A DNA stretch of 64,000 nucleotides from Chiloscyllium plagiosum (taxonomy: Eukaryota). Below, one piece after another: positions 1-13,039 of the stretch. The notes under the pieces were generated by a model. It made no database searches. It was not told the origin of the DNA and saw nothing but the letters and a program-made list of their open reading frames with translations. Location: contig NC_057711.1 in assembly GCF_004010195.1 (NCBI RefSeq), forward strand, positions 72,003,081 to 72,067,080. The letters run 5' to 3'. Made by a program: the position numbers and the translations under genes. The number at the start of each line of letters is the position of its first letter. Within the stretch, counting starts at the first letter, position 1.

Positions 1-1956
1 AGACAGGATAGATTGAGTGAATCCTTAGAACTCTAGGTGAGTAGTAAAACTGTACTTAAGAGGTAAATCAGGAGGGCAAAGAGGGGACATGAAATAGCTT
101 TGGCAAATAGAATAAAGGAGAATCCAAAGGGTTTTTACAAATATATTAAGGACAAAAGGGTAACTAGGGAGACAGTAGGGCCCCTCCAAGGTCAACAAGG
201 CAGCCTTTGTGTGGAGCTGCAGAAAATGGGGGAGATACTAAATGAATATTTTGCATCAGTATTTACTGTGGAAAAGGATATGGAAGATATAGACTGTAGG
301 GAAATAGATGGTGACATCTTGTAAAATGTCCATATTACAGAGGAGGAAATGCTGGATATGTTGAAACGCATAAAGTTGGATAAATCCCCAGGACCTGATC
401 AGGTGTACCCTAGAACTGTATGGGAAGCTCGAGAAGTGATTGCTGGGCCTCATGCTGAGATATTTGTATCATCGATAGTCACAGGTGAGGTGCCGGAAGA
501 CTGGAGGTTGGCTAACATGGTGCCACTGTTTAAGAAGGGTGGTAAGGACAAGCCAGGGAAGTACAGACCAGTGAGCCTGACCTCGGTGGTGGGCAGGTTG
601 TTGGAAGGAATCCTGAGGGACAGGATGTTCATGTGTCTGGAAAGGCAAGAACTGATTAGGAATACTCAACATGGCTTTGTGCATTTGAAATCATGTCTCA
701 CAAACTTGATTGAGCTTTTTGAAGAAATAACAAAGAGGATTGATGAGGGCCAAGTGGTAGATGTCATTTATCTGGACTTCAGTAAGGCGTTCAACAAGTT
801 CTCCATGGGAGACTGGTTAGCAAGGTTAGGTCTCAGTGAATAAAGGGAGAACTAGCCATTTGGATATAGAACTGGCTCAAAGGTAGAAGACAGAGGGTGG
901 TGGTGGAAGGTTGTTTTTTCCGACTGGAGGCCTGTGACCAGTGGAGTGCCACAAGGATCGGTGCTGGGTCCACTACTTTTTGTCATTTACATAAATGATT
1001 TGGATGCGAGCATTAGAGGTACAGTTAGTAAGTTTGCAGATGACACCAAAATTGGAGGTGTAGTGGACAGTGAAGTAGGTTACCTCAGATACAATAGGAT
1101 CTGGACCAGATGGGGCAATGGGCTGAGAAGTGGCAGATGGAGTTTAATTCAGATCAGTGCAAGGTGCTGCATTTTGGGAAAGCAAATCTTAGCAGGACTT
1201 ATACACTTCATGGTAAGGTCCTAGGGAGTGTTGCTGAACAAAGAGACCTTGGAGTGCAGGTTCATAGCTCCTTGAAAATGGAGTCGCGTTAGATAGGATG
1301 GTGAAGAAGGCGTTTGGTATGCTTTCTTTTATTGGTCAGTGTATTGAGTACAGGAGTTAGGAGGTCATGTTGCAGCTGTACAGGACATTGGTTAGGCCAC
1401 TGTTGGAATATTGCGTGAAATTCTGGTCTCCTTACTATCGGAAAGATGTTGTGAAACTTGAAAGCATTCAGAAAAGGTTTATAAGGATGTTGCCAGGGTT
1501 GGCGGATTTGAGCTACAGGGAGAGGCTGAATAGGCTGGGGCTGTTTTCCCTGGAGCGTCGGAGGCTGAGGGGTGACCTTATAGAGGTTTACAAAATTATG
1601 AGGGGCATGGATAGGATAAAGAGACAAAGTCTTTTCCCTGGAGTGGGTGAGTCCAGAACTAGAGGGCATAGGTTTAGGGTGAGAGGGGAAAGATATAAAA
1701 GGGACCTACTGGGCAACCTTTTCACGCAGAGGGTGGTACGTGTATGGACTGAGCTGTCAGAGGATGTGGTGGAGCTGCTCCAATTGCAACATTTAAAAGG
1801 CATTTGGATTGGTACATAAATAGGAAGTGTTTGGAGGGATATGGGCCAGGTGCTGGCAGGTGGGATTAGATTGGGTTGGGATATCTGGTCGGCATGGACG
1901 GGTTGGACCGAAGGGTCTGTTTACATGCTGTACCTCTTTATGACTCTATGACTCTA
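1..1956 (+). mobile_element. CR1-clade LINE (HER1-like), 3' ~2 kb of ORF2 plus 3' UTR, frameshifted; runs off the window start
   Basis: ORF pieces give RT motifs [36 protein letters not shown] and the C-terminal LYRTLVRPLLEYC / RRLRGDLIEVYKI; ends in a tgactctatgactcta tail at ~1941-1956. Confidence 0.95.
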
Positions 1957-2100
1957 ATACGGGGAATGGGCTGGATTCAGTCCTGCAGGTCCATGTTAAT
2001 CTGTTTGGGGTGTCACTCTAGGAACTGCACAGTTATCAGTCAATGGTCTGTTCAATCTTCATTCAGGGCAGTACTTTGAAGTGGGAGTAGGGACCACAGT

Positions 2101-2496
2101 CAGTCATAGAGTCATACTGCATGGAAGCATACCCTTCGGTCCAATCAGTCAATGCTGAACATAATCCCAAACTAACCTATTCCCACCTGCCTGCTCTTGA
2201 CCCATGTCCCTCCAACCCTTTCCAATTCATGTATCCATCCAAATGTCTTTTAATCATTGTAATTGTGCCCACATCCACCACTTCCTCAGGAAGTTCATTC
2301 CACAGCGAACCACCTGCAGTGAAAAATCTGACCTTAAATCTGTGCCCCCGGTCTTGAAACTCCCCATCTTAGGGAAAGGAAACTACCAACAATTCTAACT
2401 GTACCTCTCATAATTTTATAAACTTCTATCAGGACACCCCTCAACTTCCTTCACTCCAGTGAGAAAGGTCCCAGCCTATCCAGCCTTTCTTTAACT
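2101..2496 (-). mobile_element. CR1 LINE 3' fragment
   Basis: Starts with the reverse-complement tail gtcatagagtcat; aligns by eye to the reverse complement of ~1520-1956. Confidence 0.85.
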
Positions 2497-3204
2497 CCTG
2501 GGGGCCTGTCCACGAAAGGGGGATTATCAGGGACCACTGCTGTTGGAGGGAAGCTGGGGACCTCCACTTTTGGAGATTGGAGGCAACATGCTGGGATGCA
2601 GAGAGGTTCATAATTGTGAAGGAGGGAGATCTCAACATATAAGGAGGGAGAACAATAGAGTTTCGGAGGGAATCTGGTATTGCGGGAGAGGGACTATCGG
2701 CTCGGGGGGTAAAGTGGAGAGATGAACAATTAGATAAACAGGCTTGGTGGGAAAATCAAAGCCAGTTGGGCTGATGGGAAAAGCAATCAGGAAGGAAATC
2801 TAGAGATATGGGAGTCACCTGAACTGACAAACTAGCCAAGTGACTCATGCCATGAATGCAACTACTGTTTCCTCCCATCCTCCTCCAACTCAAGTGCAAA
2901 GTGGAAATGAAAATGGCTTCCACCACACCTAGAATGGATAGTGGGCCCCTGGCGTGCAAGGCAGACAAGTGAAATGCTTCTATCTATTTTCCCATTGCTT
3001 AATTTTCCTGGAATCTGCTATAGCTGGATGTCCACTGAGATCAGGAGTCTCTCCCACTTTTACCACCCATCAGCAGTATGTTCGTAGTATACGCATGTAG
3101 ACAACGAATCCATTTGGTGTGGCCAGCTTCCATGGCCATTAAGACTTAGAGGTAGAAACAACTCCTCTGTGTCAGAAGAACTCTCTGACATTTTAATAAC
3201 CCTG

Positions 3205-3735
3205 AATAAAAAGTTCGAGTCACCACACTTAAAAAGGGATTTAAAGGCTTTGGAGAAGATGCAGAAAAAATCCAGAAGAATGGTTCCAGAGCAGAGCAAC
3301 TTCAGTTATCTGCATAGATTTGAGGAGCTGGGATTGGTTTCCTTAGTAAGAATAACTTTAAGAGGAGATTTTATAAGGGTGCCCAAAATTATGAGCAGTC
3401 TTGTTGGAGTTGAAAAGGACAAATTGTTTTTATTGGTGCAAGTACCAAGAGCCAGAAGAAATAGATTTACAGTGATTGACAAAAGAAGCAAAGGTGACAT
3501 GAGAACAATTTTTTTTTGACACAATGATAAGGATGTGGAATGCTCTGCTTGAAAATACAATGGAGGCAGATTCAATTGTGGCTCTCAAAAGAGACTTGGA
3601 TGATTAAGACAAAAGCTTGCTGTGCTACAGAGGAAAGGCAAGAGAATGGGAAAGGTGAGTCGCTGCTGCAGAAAGACAGCACTGATATGGGGGTTGATTG
3701 GCCTCCTTCGGTACAGTAAGAATTCTGTGATTCTT
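3205..3735 (+). mobile_element. Degraded CR1 LINE 3' fragment
   Basis: ORF 3169-3519 gives SPHLKRDLKALEKMQ...LRGDFIRVPKI (CR1 ORF2 C-terminus), followed by a UTR ending attctgtgattct. Confidence 0.8.
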
Positions 3736-4440
3736 TAGATTTAGATTTCATCGTCACATGTACTCAAGTAGAAAAGTAAGGGAGTAGAGTGAACCATTTT
3801 CAGTGTCACCACGCAGGGCCATCTTAGGAATAGGTAACTGGGTATGAAAACTTAAGAACAGGGTAGAAAGAAATAAGGAACAAAGTTAAAAGTTAAACAG
3901 TACAGTCACTCTTATTCTAGGTCTAAACACAAGCAAAGGAAGAACAACGTATGACCAATGTGCGCCTGTTCAGTGCAATGCAGACAGCAGGCTGTCTTCA
4001 TACAGCCTGCTAATTGAAATGATAGCAGTGTACAGCCCAACACAGAGTGCAACAATGAGTGACTATCGTTTAGTGGGAGGGCAAGTTAGTGTCAAGATAA
4101 TGCTACTCGATGCCAGCCTGCTGTACTGAAAGCTAACTTGCAAATACTATAGACAAGGTGAATTGTGGCCACTTTGGGTGCTGAAAGTGCTCTAGGAAGA
4201 ATATCTTACCTGCAAGCAAAGTAAAACTGGGTAGAAGGTATGCTCCAATATTTTCCAGATAGCTTCATCTCAATTTAATGTTATGCAGACTCAGACTATT
4301 GCCATCATGGATGCCAATGCACAAAAGGGTTTGCTGTCTCTTAGAGTGAATAGTAATATTCCCTCTAAGAGGTTACTGAGAATGCTGTCTGAGGAGAGTA
4401 GCTCAACGGACCATAAACACATTGTTCTCACTCAGCCTAA

Positions 4441-4714
4441 CAGAAAGTGAGGACTGCAGATGCTGGAGATCAGCATCAAAGAGTGTGGCACTTGAAAAGC
4501 ACAGCCAGTCAGGCGGTATCCAAGGAGCAGGAGAGTCGATGTTTTGGGCATAAGCTCTTCATCAGGGATTGGTGATGGAGGAGGCCCAGGACCTGCATGT
4601 CCATGGCGGAGTGAGAGGGCAATTTAAAGCTACAGGGTCGCAGGGTTGATTGGTGCGGGTGTCCCAGAGATGTTCTTTGAAATGATTCGCAAATTGGCGT
4701 CGTGTCTCCCCAAT
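4441..4714 (-). mobile_element. Penelope-like element 3' fragment: pseudo-LTR (pLTR) terminus joined to a GIY-YIG remnant
   Basis: Terminus gaaagtgaggactgcagatgctggagatc is shared with the hairpin elements; the minus strand at ~4650-4714 reads IGETRRQFANHFKEHLWDTRTNQP (GIY-YIG 'GET.R.L..RF.EH'); degenerate hammerhead at ~4535-4567. Confidence 0.85.
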
Positions 4715-4919
4715 CTCCTCTCTCATGACTAGCACTCCACCAGAATCCTGCTGTGATTTGTTTGATCAAGCAGTCCCCACTGCTGCCACCCATATTGAGA
4801 TCAAGTCCCAAAGCTCTTCTACGTATTTCATACAAGGCCATTTGCCACTGAAGGTCAACAGCCATGCTGCAGCCATTGGGGAACATAAAGACTCTGGGAG
4901 AAGGCTAACCATTCATGGC

Positions 4920-6232
4920 TAACTAAAGAAGTCATAGATAGTATCAAATTGGAAGACAAAGTATACAATTATGTGAAGTTTAGTGGTAGATCAGATGATT
5001 GGAAAGAATTTATGAACTGGCTGAAATTAAATAAAGGAATACAAGCTCACGGTGTAGAAGGTAACATATTAGCATAGAAGACGATTGGTTAACTGACAGG
5101 AAACAGAGAGTAGGGATAAATGGATCCCTTTCAAGTTGGCAAGCTCTCACTACTGGAGTAATGGAATCAGTGCAGGGGCTTCAATTGTTCTCATCCTTTA
5201 TGAATGACTTAGATGAAGACAGCATACTCATGATAGCTAAACTTACTGGTGGCCCGAAGTTAGGAAGGAACATACATTGTCAAAAAGGAGATAGAAATCT
5301 GTGAAATGATTCAGATATGTTAAGTGACTGGGCAAAAAGTTGACATATGAAATATAATGTGGTAAATGTGAACTTGTCTATCCTGGTAGGAAAAACATGA
5401 AAGCAGCATATTATTTAAATGGAGAGAGACATCGAAATCTGTGCAACAGGGAAATCTGGGTAAGCTGATACATGGATGACAAAAATTGCAGGTAGAGCAA
5501 GAGATTATGAAGGCAAATGAAATTTTGTCATTATTTGCAAAGGGGAAGGAATGCAAAATTGGAAATTTTGTTATAGTTGTACAGGATGATGCTGAGACCA
5601 CATCTGGAGTACTGTATACAGCTTTGGTCTCCTTAACCTTAAGAAAGTATATAAATGCATTAGAAGCAGTTCAGGAAGCTTTTTCCCAACTGATTCCTGT
5701 GATGAAGGGGTTATCTTGTAAGGAAAGTTTGAACAAATTGAACACGTATCCATTGAAGTTTGGAAGATTGGGAAGTGATCTATGTAAAAACATGAGAATT
5801 AGAAACAAGAATAGACTATTTGAATTGTTCTATTATTCAGTGAGATTGTGGCTAATCTGATTGTAGCCACAACAGCACATTCTAACCTGCCCTGAGGTTA
5901 TGTGTTTTGGTAGGAAGAAGAGCAGAGCTGATTATTGTGATTTAAATGGAGAAAGACTGAAGAAAGCTACAGAACATAGCAATTTGGGGGTCCTCATCCA
6001 AGAATCACAAAAAGCTCGCATCCAACATCAGTGAGGAACAGGGAAGGCAAATTGAATGTTAGCCTTTATTTCAAAAGGATTTGAGTTTAAAGGTCAGGTT
6101 ATTTTGCTAAAACTATACCATACACTAGTCAGTCCGTAGCTTGAATATTGTGAAGAGCTTTAGTCCCCTTTTCTAAGGAAAAATGTACTTGCATTGGATA
6201 TAAGCAGAGAATATTCACTAGGCTGAAAACAG
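4920..6232 (+). mobile_element. Old, fragmented CR1 ORF2 pieces
   Basis: Decayed RT and C-terminal motifs with many stops and frameshifts (ORF 5486-5860 KANEILSLFAKG...NALEAVQ). Confidence 0.75.
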
Positions 6233-6237
6233 TACGG

Positions 6238-7213
6238 AGAGAAAAACAGAAATTGCTGGAAAAGCTCAGCGGGTTTGGCAGCATCGGTGGAAAGAAATCA
6301 GAGTCAACATGCTGGGTCAAGTGACCCTCCTTCTGAACTGATGGTAGCTAGGAAAATGTTGGTTTATGTGAAGAAGATAGGGAAAGGGGAGGGAGTAAGG
6401 GATAAATAATAGGTGGGGATGGAGGCCAAAGAGAGAGAAGAGCAGCTGGACAGACAAAGGAGTAGATAATGATTTGGCCAGGAGGGTGAAGATATGTTAA
6501 TGGGGATTGTTAATGGCTAACAATGGGTTGTGTGTAATAACAGACTATATTTTAGCAAGGCCTGGTTTGCAGGGGTTGGGGTAAGGACATGGGAGGGCTC
6601 AAGCCCTAAAGTTATTGAACCCGATATTAGTCTGGAAGGCTGCTGCAAGGTCCCCCAAGTGGAAAATGAGGGGCTGTAATTCCAGTGTATGCTGGGCTTT
6701 GCTGGAGCACTGCAGCATGCCTGAGACAGAGGTATAGGCCAGGGCACAGGGTGGTATGTTGAAGTGGTAGGCAACTGGAAGTTCAGGGTCATTTTTGCAG
6801 ACAAAATGCAAATGTTCTGTGAAGCCATCTCCCAGCCTAAGCTTCATTTCCACAATGTAGGGGAGACCACATTGTGAGCAGCGAGTGCAATAGGCTAGAT
6901 TGTGTGAAGTGCAGTAAAGTGCTGCTTCACCTGGGCCCTTGGATACTGAGGAGAGAGGAAGTATGCAAAATGGTGTTATACCTTCTATAGTTGCAGCAGA
7001 AGGTGCCATGAGGCTATGGGGGAGTGGGGGGAGGAGGGTATTGGGAGTGATGGAAAAGTGAACCAGAGTATCCAGGAGGGAATGGTCCCTGCGGAAGGCA
7101 GACAAGGAAGGGGAGAGGAATATGCCTCTATTGGTGGCATTTCACTGGAGGTAGCGGGAATGGTTGGTAATGATCCTCTGGATGTGGATGCTGGTGGGAT
7201 CGTAGGTGAGGAT
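6238..7213 (-). mobile_element. Penelope-like element, 5'-truncated: GIY-YIG endonuclease remnant plus pLTR
   Basis: ORF 6599-7105 (-): HNLAYCTRCSQCGLPYIVEMKLRLGDGFTEHL...PVAYHFN; pLTR-type terminus at 6238-6345 with a degenerate hammerhead (stem gggtc/gaccc). Confidence 0.9.
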
Positions 7214-8150
7214 AAGCCTGCAAAGTGTGGCTACCAATATGACACAAAGCAAACAAACTATAGGTGCTGCAGATCTGAAGTTTGAAGCCAACTGTTTCCT
7301 AAGCAGTTTTCAAGAAGTAAACCCTCTCTTCAGTTTTAGCTGAACTTGAATAGTTAATTCTCTTACAAGAATTTTCAGGTCTAATTTGGGAAAAGGGTTT
7401 AGAAAATAAATAATTTAAAATTGCTCCACAGGGTTCCAAGCGTCTCTTTGGTTGACAATAATTTTTTTTATTTTCTAAGTGAATCTGGGGAATTTTATTT
7501 GCACTTCATTGTTGACAGAGAAGAATAGAGTATATTTCTGCCAGCATCTCCACTGTGCCCTGAAAATCCCCCATTACTCCTCATTTATCTTAATTGGAAA
7601 ACCCCTCTTATATGAGGTCCTTTGAAACGTTTATCTATATAACATCAAGTAAACATTAAATGTAACTTATCCAATAATTAATTGTTTATCCTCACATTAG
7701 TTATAAGCTAGTACATGAATATAAATGTGGAACATTTTAGCAAAGTAAAATGTCTGCTCCCAATAGCATTGTTACTTGTTTTTTAAAATCCAAATGCAAG
7801 ACATTTTTGATGTGCAAGTTATTGTTATTTTTAAATATTAGCTAAATTCCATTGCAGTTTCTTTGTGAATATGACATACTTACACTTGTGCATGCTACAG
7901 TCTTATTATGTTCTTTAGTATCCTAATTATCTCATCAGTACATTCTGTGGACCAACCTGACAAGCAGTGGATGAGATGATTGTACCATTTGACCAACAAC
8001 CAGTGACAGCTTAACACTATTTTCATGATTAATACATATATGTAAGATAACTGAATAGAAAGATAGAGAGGCAGAGTCATTAGAGTGGGAGAAGGCTGGT
8101 GTGACTATAATACATAAAGTGGGACCAGTTGAATGAAATAGGATTTTTTT

Positions 8151-8442
8151 TTAGATTAAATTACTTACAGTGTGGAAACAGGCCCTTCAGCCCAACAAGT
8201 CCACACCGACCCACCACCCACCCAGACCCATTCCCCTACACCTAACACTATGGGCAATTTAGCATGGCCAATTCACCTAACCTGCACATTTTTGGACTGT
8301 GGGAGGAAACCAGAGCACCTGGAGAAACCCACACAGACACTGGGAGAATGTGCAAACTCCACACAGAACAGTCACCTGAGGCAGGAATTGAACCCAGGTC
8401 TCTGGCACTGTGAGGCAGTAGTGCTAACCACTGAGCCACCAT
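8151..8442 (-). mobile_element. tRNA-derived SINE (HE1/V-SINE-like)
   Basis: Minus strand: A box ggtggctcagtggttagc, B box gggttcaattcc, central tgtgcaggttaggtgaattggccatgctaaattgccc, aatct-type tail. Confidence 0.9.
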
Positions 8443-8754
8443 AATCTATTTATCTGTTTAATGTTGGGCTTTAGAGTAAGCTGACAAACAGCACATCGAT
8501 TGAGAGCACTTGCAGAGCTAAGCTGAAAAGTAACCCCACTATGGAGTAATTGGAAAGTTAAAATAACCAAGTTAACCAAATGAAACCTGAACTGGAAATT
8601 GCCAACAAGCTTTCATTTTTTTGTAACTTTCACCTCAACACAAATCAGAATCAATGTAACTTAAACATAAATTAACAGACAAATGGTACTTAAAATAATA
8701 AAGGTAAATTTCATTTTAAATTGTAGATATAACAAACAAATTGTGTTTGACAAA

Positions 8755-9535
8755 TGTGTTAGAGATGTTTTTTAAGATGTTGCTAACAAAATTGATAAAG
8801 GAGAGCCAATATACTTAGAATGATTAGATTTTCATGAGGCTTTTAATGAAGTTTGTCCTCACAAGAGGCTGGTTAGCAAAATTAAAGCAGGTGGGATAGG
8901 ACGTAACATATTAGCATGAGTTAATGATTAGCTAACAGACAGACAACAGAGAATAAAGAATAAATGGGTTATTCTTGCATTGGCAGGTGAGTGGATTTCC
9001 ACAAGGATCGGTACTTGGCCCCAGCTGGTTATAATATAAATCAATGATTTGCATTTGGGGACCAATTGTAGTCTTTCCAAATTTGTAGATGATGCAAAGC
9101 TAAGCAAGAATGTGTTTTGTGAGGAAGATGTAAAGTGGCTTCAGGAGAATTTGGACTTTATTAGTGAGCAAAAATGTGAGAGCTGGAATATATTGTGGAA
9201 GAATAGGAGGTCATCCATCTTGTGTGGAGATGTGCAGAATATTTTCTAAATGTTAAGAGGTTGGAAAAGGTAAATACACAAAGGGACCTCAGTCCTTGTC
9301 CTTGTTGATAAGTCACTGAAGGCCAACATGCAAGTGCAGCAATCTGTTAAGGTGGCTAATGGAATGTTCATCTTTATTGCAAGAGAGGTTAAGTCTTGTT
9401 TCAATTGTAGAGGAGCTTGATCAGATCACACCTTGAGGACTATGCACAGTTTTGGTCTCCTTATCTCCGAATTTGATATGATTGTCATAGAGGAAGCTTG
9501 ATGAAAACTCACCAAGAGATTTAAGAACAAATTAT
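8755..9535 (+). mobile_element. Degraded CR1 RT fragment
   Basis: [15 protein letters not shown] and SKFVDD-like motifs readable through frameshifts. Confidence 0.8.
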
Positions 9536-9552
9536 TTCCCACTGGTATAGAC

Positions 9553-11100
9553 TTATAGTCATGGACATATACAGCACAGAAACAGAGCCTTCGGTCCAAC
9601 TCTTCCATGCCGACCAGATGTCCTAAATTAATTTCCTCCCGTATCCCTCTAAACCCTTCCTATTAATATACACATCCAGATCCCTTTTAAATATTGTTAT
9701 TGTACCAGCCTCCACCACTTCCTCTGGCACCTCATTCCATACACATACCACTGTGCGAAAATGCTGCCCCTTAGGTTCCTTTCAAATCTTTTCCCTCCCA
9801 CATTAAACCTATGTCCTGTAGTTTTGGACTCCCGTACTCTGGGGAAAAGACCTTGGTTATTCACTCTATCTATTCCCCTCATAAACATAGAGTCAGAGAT
9901 GTACAGCACAGAAACAGACCCTTCAGTCCTACTCGTCCATGCCGACCAGATATCCTAACTTAATCTAGTTCTATTTGCCAGCACTTGGCCCATATCCCTC
10001 TAAACCCTTCCTATTCATATACCTATCCAGATGCCTTTTAAATGCTGTAATTGTACTAGCCTCCACTCTTCCTCTGGCAGCTCATTTCATACACGCACCA
10101 CCCTCTGTGTGAAAATGTTGCCCCTTACGTTCCTTTTTGCTGGTGGGATCGTAGGTGAGGATCCTTTTTGCTTTTCAACATAAACCTATGCCCTCTAGTT
10201 CTGGACTTCCCCAACCCAGGGAAAGGACTTTGTCTAATTAACCTATCCATGCCCCTCATAATTTTATAAGGTGATCCCTCAGCCTCCGACACTCCAGGGA
10301 AAACAGCCCCGGCCCATTCAGCTTCTCCCAATAGCTCAGATCCTCCAAATCTGGCAACATCCTTGTAACTCTTTTCTAAAACCTTTCAAGTTTCAAAACA
10401 TTCTTACGATAGGAGGGAGATCAGAAATGCACATAATATTCCAAGAGTGGCCTAACCAATGTCCTATACAGCAAAGCATACCAAACGCCTTCTTCACTAT
10501 CCTATCTACCTGCGACTCCACTTTCATGGAGCTATGTTATAAACCCTCCATAAGGCCAACTCTTAGCTTCTGATGCTCCAGGGAAAATAGGCCCAGCATA
10601 ATCAGCCTCTCCCTATCGCTCAAACCTTCCAACCTTTGTAACATCTTTGTAAATCTTTTCTGAACCATTTCAAGTTTCACAAAATCTTTTTTTCTATAGC
10701 AGGGAGATCAGATTTGAATGCAGTAATCCAAAACTGGCCTAACCAATGTCCTGTTCAAACAAAACATAACATCCCAAATCCTATATTCAATACACTGACC
10801 AATTAAGGAACGCATACCAAACATCATCTGCAATATCCTGTCTATTGTGACTCAACTTTCAAGGAACTATGAACCCGCACCTCAAGGTCTCTTTGTTCAG
10901 TAACACTCCACAGGACTCTACCATCAAGTGTATAAGTCTTCCCATGATATGCCTTACCAAAATGCAACACCTCACATTTATCTGAATTAAACTCCATCTG
11001 CCAGTCCTCAGCCCAAAGACCCTTCCTGATCATGGTCCCGTTGTACTCTGAGATAACCTTCTTCACTGTCCACGACACCACCAATTTTGGTATCATCCAC
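9553..11100 (-). mobile_element. Stack of at least three CR1 3' fragments on the minus strand
   Basis: 3' tails at ~9553 and ~9885 (atagagtc); a further restart near 10545-10570; ORF 10842-11189 gives [20 protein letters not shown]. Confidence 0.9.
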
Positions 11101-11106
11101 AAATGA

Positions 11107-11302
11107 TCAGACTTACGAACAGGCCTCTCAAATATTAGATTCAATCTTTTTCTGCGCCATCTCTGTAGCTGCAACATTATATTCTGCATTCTGTTCTATT
11201 ACCTCGTGTACTTATGTAAGGTATGATTTGTCTGGTTAGCCCACAAAACAATATTTTTCACTGTATCTCAGTACATGGGACAATAGTAAATCAAATCAAA
11301 TG
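11107..11302 (+). mobile_element. 3' UTR of a Rex/Babar-like LINE
   Basis: Same sequence as 18557-18757 (ctgtagctgcaaca...ttctgttctattacc...ctgtatctcagtacat) with a (aaatc)n tail. Confidence 0.7.
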
Positions 11303-12139
11303 AATGGCCTATTGCTGTTTCCATATTCCAAATATTTCAGAACAATAAACATCTCCTGCATAAATGGACACCACGTGGTTACACAGTTCCACAACATGCT
11401 GTTCTTTATTCACATGGGGTAAGGAAGGAGCCCCATCCAACAGCAGCATTCACCTTCTAGTTTCAGGGATAAGGTTATCATCAATAAGCCACACTTACAC
11501 AGACCATCTGTCACTCAGTTCATAACATGGCTTTGCATGGTTCCTTTCCAAATGACCATGCAATGACACCCTGTTTCATTTAACCGCATCTTGGAAAATA
11601 CCCAGCTCTTGACCATCTGGGAACGATTCACACAGATTACAAGTTCTGGGCCCTTTTAGCAGGCTCGCATGAAAATTTCAAGAGTACCTGTCTCCTTTTA
11701 CTGCCAAATAAATAAATAGACCTATTTCTGAGAAAGAATTGCTTTTTGTCCTGACAAGAATTCAGCATGTTCCCTTTACTGTCTTTGATTTTCTTTGTTT
11801 CTCAATTTGTCTCCTGAATACCCCCGCTCTCCTGCTCTTAAAGTAGTTCCCCTTTTTATCTGCAGCTGTCCATTATGTCTACCAGCCGGACAGCTTCTGG
11901 ACTTAACTTCCTTCTTGTTCGTAGTTCCTGGGTCAAGGGTCATCAAGTCACAATGACCAGTATTTCTTCTTATCTAAGAAAATTACAATTGATCCTTATC
12001 CAATTGGTGTAAGCTCTTTAAAGTCCTTTTCAAAAATCATTTTAAGAAATACAGATTTCACAGATATTTTTAAGAAATTATAAATTTTCTCAACTGTGCT
12101 ACTTCAAACTCAATGTCACAGTTGTTAAAGGAGGAGAGG

Positions 12140-12315
12140 CAGTCCGAGAATCCTACAGTGTGTAGACAGGCCCTTCGGCCCAAACTGGTCCATGCCGACC
12201 AAAATGTCCATCCACTCTAACCCCATTTCCCTGCACTTGGCCCATATTCTTCCAAACCTCTCATTTCCATGTATTTGTCCAAATGCCTTTTAAATGTTGC
12301 TAATGTACCTGCCAT
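12140..12315 (-). mobile_element. Short CR1 3' UTR fragment
   Basis: aggcccttcggccc...ccatgccgacc...cacttggcccatat matches the reverse complement of the CR1 3' UTR. Confidence 0.75.
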
Positions 12316-13039
12316 TATCCTGTGGAACCATCAGAAACAATGGACAACCAACAAGTGAGGAAAGGGTGAGCCCCTGCAAAATACTGAAAACACAAATGTT
12401 CTTTAAAAGGCAGAAGTCAGCACCTTCTTATGGAAGCCAGCCTCAGCTATTTTCTGGCCGGAGAACAGTTAATTTATTATGAAATCTGCTGGAAATAAGG
12501 CAATAAGATGAAGTGGATTATGTTCACACCAGAAAAGTCTGAATTATCAAATGTCTTTGGAGAAAGGACTGTAAGCATTGGTATGGCTGTGGGGACACTC
12601 TGAATTTAATGTACAACAAAGTCTGGCCAAAACAAAGCTAAAATTAAATAAATTAGGCCCTGCTGATTGACCAATTAACATGATAGTTCTGGCTTATAAG
12701 CAGAAGACGACAGTCAGTAGTTTACTGGGAGTACTAAAGTGACTGGGTGGAGCAGTGCTTATGATGTATTAAATAAACTTATTGACAAATGAATTCATCA
12801 TAAAGATGACAGAGCATGTGATGTGCTGTGACTACAGCATGTGGGAGCTTTTGGATACTCTTGTAATCCAGGAGAAACATGTTTACAATAAACGTCAGCA
12901 GTTACAGAATTTCAGCTCTGAGTTATTGGGCTGAACACCAAGTTGCAGATGCTGGGGCACATCAGGGAGAGTGCAAGTTCCTCAGATATTTTATTCCAGG
13001 ACAAAAACACAGCAGATCGAGCATAACATATGGAGAGAA

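Noticed and set aside
12700..13000. Possible CR1 ORF1 N-terminus (VMCCDYSMWELL)
   Set aside because: Plausible but short and decayed; boundaries cannot be supported
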